Source: Eledone cirrhosa (lineage: Eukaryota). Taken from it: a stretch of DNA of 64,000 nt. Shown piece after piece: positions 33,733 through 45,017 of the stretch. The notes under the pieces are model-generated. The model searched no databases. It worked only from the letters and a program-made list of their open reading frames with translations, and was not told the origin of the DNA. The stretch spans positions 17,856,001-17,920,000 of the forward strand of contig OZ024740.1 in the NCBI GenBank assembly GCA_964016885.1. The letters are read 5' to 3'. The position numbers and the translations under genes are program-made. Positions within the stretch are counted from its first letter, which is position 1; every line of letters starts with the position of its first letter.

Positions 33733-33797
<65 letters not shown>

Positions 33798-34040
33798 CTA
33801 TTTCTCTACTACATCAAGGCTTTCCTGGTGATTTATTTTGAATGAAATAGTTCTAGTCCTGTAGAAACCATTTCTATATTAAACATGTTTACACTCTTCT
33901 AATGTATTGAGTACCTTACTACTTAAACATAGCCTATGTGTATGTTTGTACATACATGATTGTTTACATAAGCAGATGTATTTATGTGTGTATACAAATA
34001 CAACCACTATAATTTTAATGATCTTATCTAAGTATATAAT

Positions 34041-34215
34041 TGTTTCTACTTTTGGCACAAGGCCAGCAATATCCCAGTGCATTACTGGTACTTTATTTTA
34101 TCGACCCCGTAAGGATGAAAGGCAAAGTCAACCTCGGCGGGATTTGAACTCAGATCATTAAGGGACATAACTATGCTGGAAAGCATGGCGTCTGACCTCC
34201 TACCGATACTGCCAA
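34041..34215 (-). mobile_element. tRNA-headed SINE family A, near full length
   Basis: Same head and body as 33199 in reverse orientation, plus the 3' end GCCAAAAGTAGAAAC. Confidence 0.88.
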
Positions 34216-34216
34216 G

Positions 34217-34537
34217 GTGTTGTTGTTGTTGTTAGTGGTGTTGTTGTTGTTGTTAGTGGTGGTGTTGTTGTTGTTAGTGGTGGTGGTGTTGTTGTTAGTG
34301 GTGGTGGTGTTGTTAGTGGTGGTGGTGTTGTTGTTAGTGGTGGTGTTGTTGTTGTTAGTGGTGGTGGTGTTGTTGTTAGTGGTGGTGGTGTTGTTAGTGG
34401 TGGTGGTATTGTTGTTAGTGGTGGTGTTGTTAGTGGTGGTGTTGTTGTTGTTAGTGGTGGTGGTGATGTTAGTGGTGGTGGTGTTGTTAGTGGTGGTGGT
34501 GTTGTTAGTGGTGGTGTTGTTGTTAGTGGTGGTGGTG
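34217..34537. repeat. Compound (GTT/GTG/TTA) trinucleotide array
   Basis: Directly visible; the poly-L/V ORF is a by-product. Confidence 0.95.
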
Positions 34538-34584
34538 AATGGTGGGCCAGTTATGTGAGTCGTTTCAGGTAAACAAAACAGAGC

Positions 34585-34775
34585 ACCATGACCACCACCA
34601 CTACCTACGGTGTCGCTACCACTACCACAACAACAACAACCAACACCAACATCACAATCACCACCAACATCGTGGCTACTACTAACATCACCATCACCAC
34701 AACCAACATCACCAACGTCATTGTTACTGCTAACACCCCATCACCACCACTACAACTACCACAACCACTACCCCC
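34585..34775. repeat. Degenerate (ACC/ACA/ACT) trinucleotide array
   Basis: Directly visible; the poly-Thr ORF is a by-product. Confidence 0.9.
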
Positions 34776-35029
34776 CCACACTCCTATGCTCCTTCTCTAA
34801 ATAACTTCACTTACTTAGCTAAACACTCCCCCCTAACAGTAATCAGTCAATACATCTGAGATTAAATAGTTGAGCTGTTTAGTAACTAAGATAATATTAT
34901 TACAATGATTGACTAATAACAATATCATCATGTAACCTTTAACTAAATAAACAGCAGCTCTATATAATCCACAAATTCTATATCACATTTATATATATAT
35001 ATATATATATTTATACATCAAGCTATATG

Positions 35030-35210
35030 TCATCATCATCATCATCGTTTAATGTCCATTTTCCACGCTAGCATGGGTTAGACAGATTGTTCCGTTTGAG
35101 GCAAGTTAGGTCAGGTGATCGTGTCTTGCTCCCACAGAACTGTTTCTAGCTTGGTTTCTACAGCTGGATGCCCTTCCTAACGCCAACCACATTTATGGTG
35201 TGTGCTGGCT
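35030..35210 (-). mobile_element. RTE-type 3' end (SINE B or LINE) with (GAT)n tail
   Basis: (CAT)n followed by CGTTTAATGTCC...GGATGCCCTTCCTAAC, the reverse complement of the RTE 3'UTR at 56500-56666. Confidence 0.8.
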
Positions 35211-35439
35211 ATTGTACTTTCAGAACATCTACTCTCGCTGCTAAACTGATCACCCAGGTAGCAGAAGCTGTCTACCTTCCAGAAATTTCATGTTGTTGTT
35301 TGCTGCTTACTACCCCAGTGCAGCAGCTACATGTAAAACCGACATTTTTAGTTAAACTTCCCAAGATAAAACAGTTTTTTTTCCATTTCAGGTAGACGCG
35401 CTCCATCATCCACTTTTCTAAAAAATATATCATAGACAA

Positions 35440-35680
35440 AACGCCAGCACCAACAGTTTTGCAAGAGATGTCAACATGAATGGACCTGTTATTTTTATCT
35501 AAAGACAATTTTTCCAATTCCATCTCGCCCGTCCTCTCAATCTCTTATTTCTCATTCTTTCTTCTGATGAAGGACTAGCATCCAAAAAGTTAAGACCCTC
35601 TTCTTGCTATATCAAGCGTTAACCTAATATATTCCTTCCATATATTGTACCGATTGTGTTATTTCTGTTTACCTTTTACA
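35440..35680 (+). mobile_element. Penelope-like pLTR remnant with decayed hammerhead motif
   Basis: CTGATGA-A-GGA-CTAGCA-TCC-AAAAAGTTAAG at 35564-35594, where GAAAC is mutated. Flanks are homologous to 39725-39977 and 32715-32845. Confidence 0.65.
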
Positions 35681-35752
35681 TACACACATATATATATATA
35701 TATGTGTGTATGTATGTGTATATATATATGTGTGTGTGTGTGAGTGTGTGTG

Positions 35753-35830
35753 TCAGGTCACTCTTCAATGCTACTGGTAACATGTAACCTAGTATAACCT
35801 GTGCATGGTCGGGTTATTAGTAACTAAAGC
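35753..35830 (+). mobile_element. 5'-terminal fragment of RTE-derived element C
   Basis: CAGGTCAC...GCTACTGGTAACATGTA...AACCTGT...CGGG...ACTAAA matches the reverse complement of 48888-48960. Confidence 0.7.
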
Positions 35831-36199
35831 AGCATGGTATGATGTGTGCGTGATAAAGCAAACAACACAGATAGAAGGGTGAAAGAAAATAATGTGATAG
35901 TGGAGCTCAAGCTGTGCTGTCTGTCCTAAATAGAAAGCTAACTATAGCTATGGTAAAGTTGAATGAAAAAACACTCTCACTTCGTCTCAATCAGAGACAA
36001 CTTTGTTTTTTCATTTAACGAAAGGTCATCTGATCGTTAAGAAAACGTTCTTCAAACTGGCCTTCTGACATGATTAGATATGTTTTGACCTCCTGTTGTT
36101 GATTTGGTCGAGTGGATGTAACTTCAGCCTCATATACGACTGTGGGTATGTTACACCGTTGTTGAAGAGGGCATGATTCTGGCCTTCTGAAAGAGCATC

Positions 36200-37902
36200 C
36201 GGGTAGAGGAGAGGGTTGGTGGTGATGTGGGCTTTCGTATTTTTAACACAGGAATATCCAAGTTTCACCCTGTGTCTATTGAAGATAGGTCAATATTTAT
36301 GTCCTATGGGGAGGTGTTTGTCTAGAACTGCCAAGAATTTCTTACCTACATTGGTTCAAACTTTGAGCAAGAAGGATGGGCAGAACCAAATTATTTTTTA
36401 TTTCTAGTTTTCTTTCTACTGGTAGTGTGATTAGGAGAGAAGTAAGAAATATTATCGGAGCAGCCACTGTTGGCTAACACAGTGTTGTAGTAAGGTGCCG
36501 CTCTGTCAAAGATGGCTTTGTTAGCAGAAAGATTAGAAATCCTAGTACTGATGTTTTTGACAAAGGTTTTAAAGACCGTAGATGGGTGACATGTGTATAT
36601 AAGTTAACTTTTAAAGACTTGTGTATATAAGTTAACTTTTAAAGACTTGTGTATATAAGTTAACTTTTAAAGACTTGTGTATATAAGGTAACTTTTAAAG
36701 ACTTGTGTATATAAAGTAACTTTTAAAGACTTGTGTATATAAGTTAACTTTTAAAGACATGTGTAGATAAGTTAACTTTTAAAGACTTGTGTATATAAAG
36801 TAACTTTTAAAGACTTGTGTATATAAGGTAACTTTTAAAGACTTGTGTATATAAGTTAACTTTTAAAGACATGTGTATATAAGTTAACTTTTAAAGACTT
36901 GTGTATATAAGGTAACTTTTAAAGACTTGTGTATATAAAGTAACTTTTAAAGACTTGTGTATATAAGTTAACTTTTAAAGACTTGTGTATATAAGTTAAC
37001 TTTTAAAGACATGTGTAGATAAGTTAACTTTTAAAGACTTGTGTATATAAGGTAACTTTTAAAGACTTGTGTATATAAGTTAACTTTTAAAGACTTGAGT
37101 ATATAAGTTAACTTTTAAAGACTTGTGTATATAAGTTAACTTTTAAAGACTTGTGTATATAAGGTAACTTTTAAAGACTTGTGTATATAAAGTAACTTTT
37201 AAAGACTTGTGTATATAAGTTAACTTTTAAAGACTTGTGTATATAAGTTAACTTTTAAAGACATGTGTAGATAAGTTAACTTTTAAAGACTTGTGTATAT
37301 AAGGTAACTTTTAAAGACTTGTGTATATAAGTTAACTTTTAAAGACTTGAGTATATAAGTTAACTTTTAAAGACTTGTGTATATAAGTTAACTTTTAAAG
37401 ACTTGTGTATATAAGGTAACTTTTAAAGACTTGTGTATATAAGGTAACTTTTAAAGACTTGTGTATATAAAGTAACTTTTAAAGACTTGTGTATATAAGT
37501 TAACTTTTAAAGACTTGTGTATATAAGGTAACTTTTAAAGACTTGTGTATATAAGGTAACTTTTAAAGACTTGTGTATATAAAGTAACTTTTAAAGACTT
37601 GTGTATATAAGTTAACTTTTAAAGACTTGTGTATATAAAGTAACTTTTAAAGACTTGTGTATATAAGTTAACTTTTAAAGACTTGTGTATATAAGGTAAC
37701 TTTTAAAGACTTGTGTATATAAGTTAACTTTTAAAGACTTGTGTATATAAGGTAACTTTTAAAGACTTGTGTATATAAGGTAACTTTTAAAGACGTGTAT
37801 ATAAGGTAACTTTTCATTAAGTTTATGAAAAAGTCAATGTGTCTAGTTTGATGTCTAAAGAATCTACACTGGTCAGATTGTGTCTACAGTGATCTTTAGT
37901 TC
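36200..37902 (-). pseudogene. Penelope-like element ORF remnant (RT C-terminus and linker), disrupted by stops, frameshifts and a 28-bp array
   Basis: Manual minus-strand translation gives LKITVD...LDIKLD...HKLNEKLPYIH / CHPSTVFKTFVKNISTRISNLSANKAIFDRAAPYYNTVLANSG / KIIWFCPSF...TNVGKKFLAVLDKHLPIGHKY*PIFNRHRVKLGYSC. These match the typical PLE motifs YIHxxSxHP, IIWFNPPF and IFNRxxVKxSYSC. Confidence 0.85.
36588..37814. repeat. 28-bp tandem array (TTGTGTATATAAGTTAACTTTTAAAGAC), about 44 copies
   Basis: Highly homogeneous direct repeats, with variants AAGTTAAC, AAGGTAAC and AAAGTAAC. Confidence 0.97.
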
Positions 37903-37969
37903 TATATACACACACACACATATATATATACACACACACATATATACACACACGCACTCACACACATAT

Positions 37970-38040
<71 letters not shown>

Positions 38041-38334
38041 CATACATATATGTATATAAATATATATACATTCACATAAGTATGTGTGTATATATATATA
38101 CATACACAGAGAGAAACATCTACACATACACATGCTAAAGCTCTAAAAGGAATGCACAGCATGTCAAAATATCTCACCTGGTTAGTGAGTTATTGTGAGA
38201 GGGGGAGAGGGAGGGGGAGAAAGAAAGAAGGATAGAGAGAGAGTTTGGACAGTTCAGGAGTAAATTGCTACTTGAGTTACCAAAATGAATGGAACTGCAT
38301 GTGTGTGTGTGTGTGTGTGTAAGGGTTGGATAAA

Positions 38335-38760
38335 TCTTCTCCACCACAGTGTCTTGTCAGATCCTCTTCTTCACTCATTTATTCCAGAGAGTGTCAAGGA
38401 GGACAAAGTCCTTAAACACTTCTTCCGGCCAGTCCTCTAAGAAGCAACTGTTTCTAACTTATCCAGCTGGATCCCTAAGAGAAACCAGCCAAGCTCATGG
38501 ATGTTATCCAACCATCATGCTTGTGGTCTACCCCTCGATCTACTGCCCCTTGGTTTCCGGCCCATAAAATCTATCCAGTGACTTTTTCCTGAGACATTCT
38601 AACCACATGTCCATAATATCGGAGCTGTGATCTCTCAATTCAGAGAAGTAGCAGCTCTACCTGGAGTGACTCTCTGATCTTTGCGCTATGCACTCTATCA
38701 AGTAATGTTACTCCAAAGACCCTTCGGAGGAACCCCATTTCAGCTGCTTGTATTCACGTT
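38335..38760 (-). mobile_element. Degenerate RTE-clade LINE 3' fragment
   Basis: The minus strand translates IQAAEMGFLRRVFGVTLLDRV...ERSQLRYYGHVVRM...SRGRPQA*WLDNI, which are RTE C-terminal motifs. Confidence 0.85.
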
Positions 38761-38769
38761 GCATTCCTT

Positions 38770-38935
38770 TATCCTCCAACCCACTTTCATGAAGTTTAGC
38801 ATTCCAAGATGCGCTCTTACTCCCTCCTGCCTGTATCTTCTTTGGTTTTCCTTTTCTACAAGTTTCTTCCTTCTACCTAGATATCTTTTCACTTCATTAT
38901 CCAACTGTCTTTGTCCATATACATGACACCTCTAT
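38770..38935 (-). mobile_element. Highly decayed RTE C-terminal fragment
   Basis: Minus-strand ...MDKDSW...VEGR... followed by a frameshifted GRP/KT-like region. Confidence 0.45.
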
Positions 38936-39159
38936 AAACAGTCTAGCCATCCCACCTCCATAGCAGTCCAAACATCCCATGTCCATAGCAGTGCCTTAAT
39001 TTATTAATCCAACCATTATACCTCCAGCAAGTTTTGCATGTATTGAGCCGTAACGCCTGATGGAGTCATAGGGGCGCCGATATATCTTGATTTCTTCCAG
39101 AGAAGAAGAGAGAGTAATAGAGAAGAAATGTGAAAGACTTATAGATGAAGAATCAACTC

Positions 39160-39296
39160 CAGTGTACTTTTTTTTTATTGACCTCCAAAAGATAAAAGGC
39201 AAAGTTGACCTCAGTGAAACTTTAAATTAGAGAGTGCGAATAGCTGGAACAAATACTGTAAAGAATTTTATCTGGCATTCCAATGATTCTGCCAAT
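39160..39296 (-). mobile_element. SINE family A, diverged
   Basis: TATTGACCTCCAAAAGATAAAAGGCAAAGTTGACCTC...TTCTGCCAA matches family A in reverse. Confidence 0.7.
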
Positions 39297-39339
39297 TAAT
39301 GGTTTCTTTGGGTGTCTAATGCTGAAGGACAAATGACCT

Positions 39340-39620
39340 CGGAGACATTAATATCAGTAGTGTGTAAGATATAAAATGTCACTGCTATGGATATGTGGTG
39401 TGTATGAAGACTGACAGGTAAAGAAATATCAAATGATCCAAGTGGAAGGAACTTGCAGCAGCAGAAGAAGACAGGAGACAAAGGAAGATGTGGTGATTGC
39501 TGATCTTAGTATGTTGAACTTCAGGAAGGAGATGACAAAGGAACACAATATGGAGCAAAACAGTGTTGGAGAGAACCCTCCAACCCATGCAAGCATAGTA
39601 AAATGAATGTAAAAGTGTGG
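39340..39620 (+). mobile_element. Decayed RTE 3' fragment
   Basis: TGCTATGGATATGTGGTGTGTATG (WYGHVxRM-like), GTGGAAGGAACTTGC and the RTE-type end CCAACCCATGCAAGCAT. Confidence 0.55.
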
Positions 39621-39724
39621 TGTTGATCAAGATGCTAATTAAGCTAATGATGAAGAATATGAGAGTGTGTATGTGTATATGTGTGAGTGTGTGTGTGTTT
39701 ATGCGTGTGTGTGTGTGTGTATGC

Positions 39725-39977
39725 CTAAATACAAAAAGTAAATAGAAATAACAAAGCAAACAACATTTCAATGAAGAAATATATTAATTAGTTTTATGCT
39801 TGATATAATAGAAAAAGAGTCTTAATGTTTGTGATGAAGGACACTTGTCCTTCATCAGAAAATAGAATGAGAAATTATAGCAGAAATAGAAAAATAGAGG
39901 AGAGTGAACAGTGGCAGAAATGAAAAAATATTTCTCCAGGAAGAAGCAGGTCTGTTCATATTGCTATCTCTTGGAAA
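39725..39977 (-). mobile_element. Penelope-like pLTR remnant
   Basis: The minus strand reads TTCTGATGAAGGACAAGTGTCC...AAACATTAAGACTC and is homologous to 35460-35680. Confidence 0.65.
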
Positions 39978-39990
39978 TATATATATATAA

Positions 39991-40343
39991 TGGAGGCACA
40001 TGGCTTAGTGGTTAGAGCATTGGCCTTGCAATCGAAAGGTTGTGAGTTCAATTCTCAGACCGGGTGATGTGTTGTTTCCTTGAGCAATTTAAACAGTTTA
40101 TTTCACATTGCTCCAGTTTACTCAGCTGTAGAAATGAGATGATAGGGACTGAGATCCATATCATTCCACTGCAAAGTGGTCGTGGAGGTGCCATGGCAAA
40201 AAAGCACCCAGCACTCACTGTAAATGACGTTGGTGTTAGGAAGGGCATCCAGCTATAGAAATGAAGCCTGAATCAGTTCCCGTCCCACCCTTGCAAGCAG
40301 GGAAAAAAGCGAACGTAAAATGAAATGATGATGAAATGATGAT
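39991..40343 (+). mobile_element. SINE family B: tRNA head, CORE-like central domain, RTE-derived 3' end
   Basis: A box TGGCTTAGTGG, B box GAGTTCAATTC and CORE-like CCTTGAGCAA...CTCCAGTTTACTCAGCTGTAGAAATG. The 3' part TTGGTGTTAGGAAGGGCATCCA and the (ATG)n tail are shared with the RTE 3'UTR. Confidence 0.88.
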
Positions 40344-40529
40344 ATATATTTATATATATGTTACGTAATTCCAAAGGAAAAGCAAAGGAAAAAAGAGTGA
40401 TATAACATCTCTGTCTGCCGAACGATCCAAATATATATTATCGTCTGCGATCCAGAAACCTTTGGTAATGGAGTAGTTATATTTTGTGTTGTTCACTTTC
40501 TAATTAAATATATTTATATATATATATAT

Positions 40530-40771
40530 AAAAAAAAGCACCCAGCCCACACTGTAAAGTGGTTGTGTAGGCGCCACGGAAAAAAAGTACCCAGCACTCA
40601 CTGTAAATGAGGTTGGTGTTAGGAAGGGCATCCAGCTGTAGAAATCAAGCCAAAATCAGTTCCCATATGAGCAAGACAAGGTTACTTGACCTGGCATTGC
40701 CCACAACAGGACAACCTGTCTAACCCATGCAAGCGTAGAAGAATGGACGTAAAACGGTGATGATGATGATG

Positions 40772-40773
<2 letters not shown>
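40530..40773 (+). mobile_element. 5'-truncated SINE B / RTE 3' end inserted in a TA tract
   Basis: Shared RTE-type 3' blocks and a (GAT)n tail. Confidence 0.8.
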
Positions 40774-40802
<29 letters not shown>

Positions 40803-41159
40803 GATATTGGAGAGAGAGAGGATTTTTTAATTCCAACTCAGTGAAACCCTTGCAAGCAGGGAAAAGCGGATGTAAAATCATGATGATGATGATGATGAAA
40901 CATTGCTACATCTGTCAATAATATTTCCATGCTTGGATGGGTTGGATCAACTCTCTCCATCACTGTTGGCACTATGATCTTTTGTTTTGCCTTCCATTTG
41001 GTTCTGATTTGAAACAAATTCAATTAAACTTGTTGTTTGCTTTGATATAACTTGACATTTTAAAGAGTAATGGTTTTTACCATTACTCTTGTGAAATATG
41101 TTTGTGAAATATAGCTTGTGAAATATGTAAAGAGGGGACATACCCACCATAGATCTTTC

Positions 41160-42068
41160 CTGCAATCTTGACCTGACACAATGCAACAATGGATCACGGA
41201 CTGGCAACTCAAGCTGGCTCTGGACAAGTGTACCACCATGCATTTTGGGAGGAAAAACCCAGCGTCCACATACTCCCTCCACAACACTAATATCAAGAAG
41301 TCTTCTTGTGAACGTGACCTGGGCATTACTGTCAGCAGCGATTTGCGTTAGACGAAGCACGTCTCTAAAATTGTCAAGAAGACCGAGGGTGTCTTAGCAT
41401 CACTCAGCAAGACCTTTGTCAGCTACTCTCCAGCTATCTATTTAAAGCTGTATATAACTATAGTGCGGCCACACTTAGAATTTGCATCACCAGTCTGGAA
41501 CCCCTATCTTGCTCAGAACATTGACCTCCTGGAAACTGTTCAGGGACGTGCAACCAAGCTAATAAGCTCCACCAGACATCTACCATACTCTGAACGCCTT
41601 GCTTCCCTGGGCATGGATACAGTGAATCTCCGATGTCTGGCAACTGACTTGGTAAACACCCACAAAAGTATTAACCATCTTGCTAACAACAACCCTAAGT
41701 ACCTTTTTGATTTCCATGTGTCTAACACACGTGGGCATGCCAACAAAGTCAGAAAACAGCACAGCTTCCATGACTTTCAGAAACATTTTTTCACGCTCAG
41801 AGTTGCTGAAGCATGGAACAAACTACCTGCATCAGTTGTTAGCTGTCAAGACACTGCATCCTTTAAAACCTCCATGCTTCCTGAGATTCGCCAACACTAC
41901 ACCTAATATTCCCCCTCCATACACACGCACACATGTATATCATCACTCATACACTATTCACTTCCCTGACATTTGTATATTATTCTATGTACTATACATG
42001 CACCTTTGGTGAGTTGTAGTGCACCTGAGCACTGTACACAATAATTTTATTATTATTATTATTATTAT
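41160..42068 (+). mobile_element. 5'-truncated CR1-type LINE (RT C-terminal region, 3'UTR, (ATT)n tail)
   Basis: Translates ...WQLKLALDKC...ERDLGITVSSDL...LYITIVRPHLEFASPVWNPY...LETVQGRATK...YSERL...FFTLRVAEAWNKLP, with an internal stop and an (ATT)n tail at about 42047-42068. Confidence 0.9.
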
Positions 42069-42284
42069 AATTTTAGTTCTTTTATTCTGTTCTGTCATTT
42101 GTAACTATATGTACATATGTATACATGTAACCCTTACATATATCATATGTATTTAGTACTGATTACTAAAATACGTAATAGGTAGTTTGAAATAATGTCT
42201 ATATTTAAAAAATAGCCAGGGCCTTTTAATAACTTGGGGTGGGAGCCTATGTTTTACATTTGGTTTAGTTTTATTACCATCTAG

Positions 42285-43452
42285 CCTGTGCCTATTACCA
42301 ATTTTGGAGGGCCTACATTTCACATCTGACCTGGTCCTCTTAGCAACTTTTCATAGGCCTACATTTTACATTTAGCCTGGGCCTATTACCAGCTTTGCAC
42401 AGAACTACATTTTAAATCTGACCTGGGCCTATTACCAGCTTTGCATAGGCCTACATTTTACATTTAGCCTGGGCCTATTACCAGCTTTGCACAGAACTAC
42501 ATTTTAAATCTGACCTGGGCCTACTACCAGCTTTGCACAGGCCTACGTTTTACATCTGGTCTGGGCCTATTACCAGCTTTGCACAGGCCTACATTTTACA
42601 TCTGGCCTGGGTCTATTACCAGCTTTGCACAGGCCTACGTTTTACATCTGGTCTGGGCCTACTACCAGCTTTGCACAGGCCTACATTTTACATCTGGCCT
42701 GGACCTACTACCAGCTTTGCACAGGCCTACGTTTTACATCTGGCCTGGACCTACTACCAGCTTTGCACAGGCCTACGTTTTACATCTGGCCTGGACCTAC
42801 TACCAGCTTTGCACAGGCCTACATTTTACATCTGGCCTGGACCTACTACCAGCTTTGCACAGGCCTACGTTTTACATCTGGTCTGGCCTATTACCAGCTT
42901 TGCACAGGCCTACATTTTACATCTGGCCTGGACCTACTACCAGCTTTGCACAGGCCTACGTTTTACATCTGGTCTGGCCTATTACCAGCTTTGCACAGGC
43001 CTACATTTTACATCTGGCCTGGACCTACTACCAGCTTTGCACAGGCCTACGTTTTACATCTGGTCTGGCCTATTACTAGCTTTGCACAGGCCTACATTTT
43101 ACATCTTGTCTGGGCCTATTACCAGCTTTGCACAGGCCTACATTTTACATCTTGTCTGGGCCTATTACCAGCTTTACACAGGCCTACATTTTACATCTGG
43201 TCTGGGCCTATTACCAGCTTTGCACAGGCCTACATTTTACATCTGGCCTGGGTCTATTACCAGCTTTGCACAGGCCTTCGTTTAACATCTGGCCTGGACC
43301 TACTACCAGCTTTGCACAGGCCTACATTTTACATCTGGCCTGGACCTACTACCAGCTTTGCACAGGCCTACATTTTACATCTGGTCTGGACCTACTACCA
43401 GCTTTGCACAGGCCTATATTTTACATCTGGTCTGGACCTACTACCAGCTTTG
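42285..43452. repeat. 46/45-bp minisatellite (CCAGCTTTGCACAGGCCTACATTTTACATCTGGCCTGGACCTACTA), about 25 copies
   Basis: Direct tandem repeats; the leftmost units are more diverged. Confidence 0.96.
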
Positions 43453-43799
43453 CTTGCTAGCTGATCATCAGACAGAGCTTTGAGAGAATAGTCATAATAA
43501 AAGTAGAGAAGTGAGAGATAGATGAGTGGACTAATGGACAAGTGTACTACATTAGAGAACACAGTCATAACAAAGGTAGAAGGTAACAGACAGATCAATG
43601 GACAGGTGTGAACAGGTGTACTGTATGAAGTGTGAGGCGATGGTTAAAAAAAAATATGGCAATAAAACATGTGAACATTAATCAATAAATACATACAAAT
43701 GTGTGAGGCATCTTTAATCCTGGCTTGACAGACATGTCTTATAGTTTATAACAATCCGATCAGGAAGGTTGTAGGCTATATATGTGCTGACTATATCAC

Positions 43800-44070
43800 A
43801 GGGTGTATACAGATGAACTATATAGTTTCAGGTAGTTGTAGGCTATATATGAGATGACTATATACATGAGTGAGTACTTGGGTGTATATAAAGTAAATAT
43901 ATAGTCTCAGTTACTGCTAGGGTGTATATAAAGTGACTATATAGTTTCCGTTACTGCTAGGGTGTATATAAAGAGACTATATAGTTTTAGTTACTGCTAG
44001 GTTGTATATAAAGTGACTATATAGTTTTAGTTACTGCTAGGGTGTATATAAAGTGACTATATAGTTTTAG
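43800..44070. repeat. 40-bp minisatellite (GGGTGTATATAAAGTGACTATATAGTTTTAGTTACTGCTA)
   Basis: About five clean units at 43880-44070, with degenerate units to the left. Confidence 0.9.
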
Positions 44071-44465
44071 TTTGTAGTTTGTAATAAGTATCTACAGCTT
44101 TTGTAGACAGAGTGTGAAATGTGTGTGTGTGTGTGTGTGTGTGTAAACGAATGTGTATGTGTGTGTATTAGATAATGTATGTATGTATTTATATACGTGT
44201 ATAAGTGCATGTATGTGTGTGTATGTATGTGTCTATGTATGTGTGTGCATGTATGTGTGTCTATGTATGTGTGTCTATGTATATGTGTGTATGTATGTGT
44301 GTGTATGTGTGTGTGTGTATGTGTGTGTGTGTGTATATATGTGTGTGTATGTATGTGTCTGTGATCCAGTGATCTTATCAATTGTTTGCGATGATAAAAT
44401 ATTTTATACAGAAAAATTCCAACTGATTGATAACAGAGATAAACTACCTATCACTCTAGTCCTTA

Positions 44466-44797
44466 ACACCACCACCACCATCACACCTATCAATACCACC
44501 ACTACCACCATCACACCTACTAATACCACCACTACCACCACCACCATCACACCTACCAATACCACCACTTCCACCATCACAGCTACCAATACCACCACTA
44601 CCACCATCACACCTATCAATACCACCACTACCACCACCACCATCACACCTACCAATACCACCACCATCACACCTACCAATACCACCACCATCATGCCTAC
44701 CAATACCACCACTACCACCACCACCACACCTACCAATACCACTACCACACCTACCAATACCACCACCACCACCACTACCACCACCACAACAACAATA
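44466..44797. repeat. Compound ACC-rich array (ACCACCATCACACCTACCAAT-like units)
   Basis: Directly visible low-complexity tandem repeat. Confidence 0.9.
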
Positions 44798-44809
44798 CAG
44801 CCAAAAATG

Positions 44810-44942
44810 AGAACCAGCATTTTTCAGCTGAGTATACTGGAGCAACGTGACATGAATTGTTTTGCTGAAGAACCCAGCCGAGGAATTGAACCCACGACAT
44901 TATGATGATAAGTCCAACACCTTTACCACTAGGCCGCCACCT
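44810..44942 (-). mobile_element. SINE family B head and CORE-like domain, diverged
   Basis: The minus strand reads GGCGGCCTAGTGGTAAAGG...GGGTTCAATTCC...TGCTCCAGTATACTCAGCTGAAAAATG. Confidence 0.75.
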
Positions 44943-45017
44943 GTCTCCACTCAAAGCAATGGCTGCATGTACTTCACTGTTATTATAGTTGTTCAACACT
45001 CACATACTTACATCCAG

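Noticed and set aside
34217-34537. Telomeric repeat
   Set aside because: It contains TTAGTGG but not tandem TTAGGG; it is a trinucleotide-phase array.
36588-37814. 28-bp unit as the half-monomer of the 56-bp satellite
   Set aside because: The length ratio is coincidental; there is no similarity beyond TGTGTATATA.
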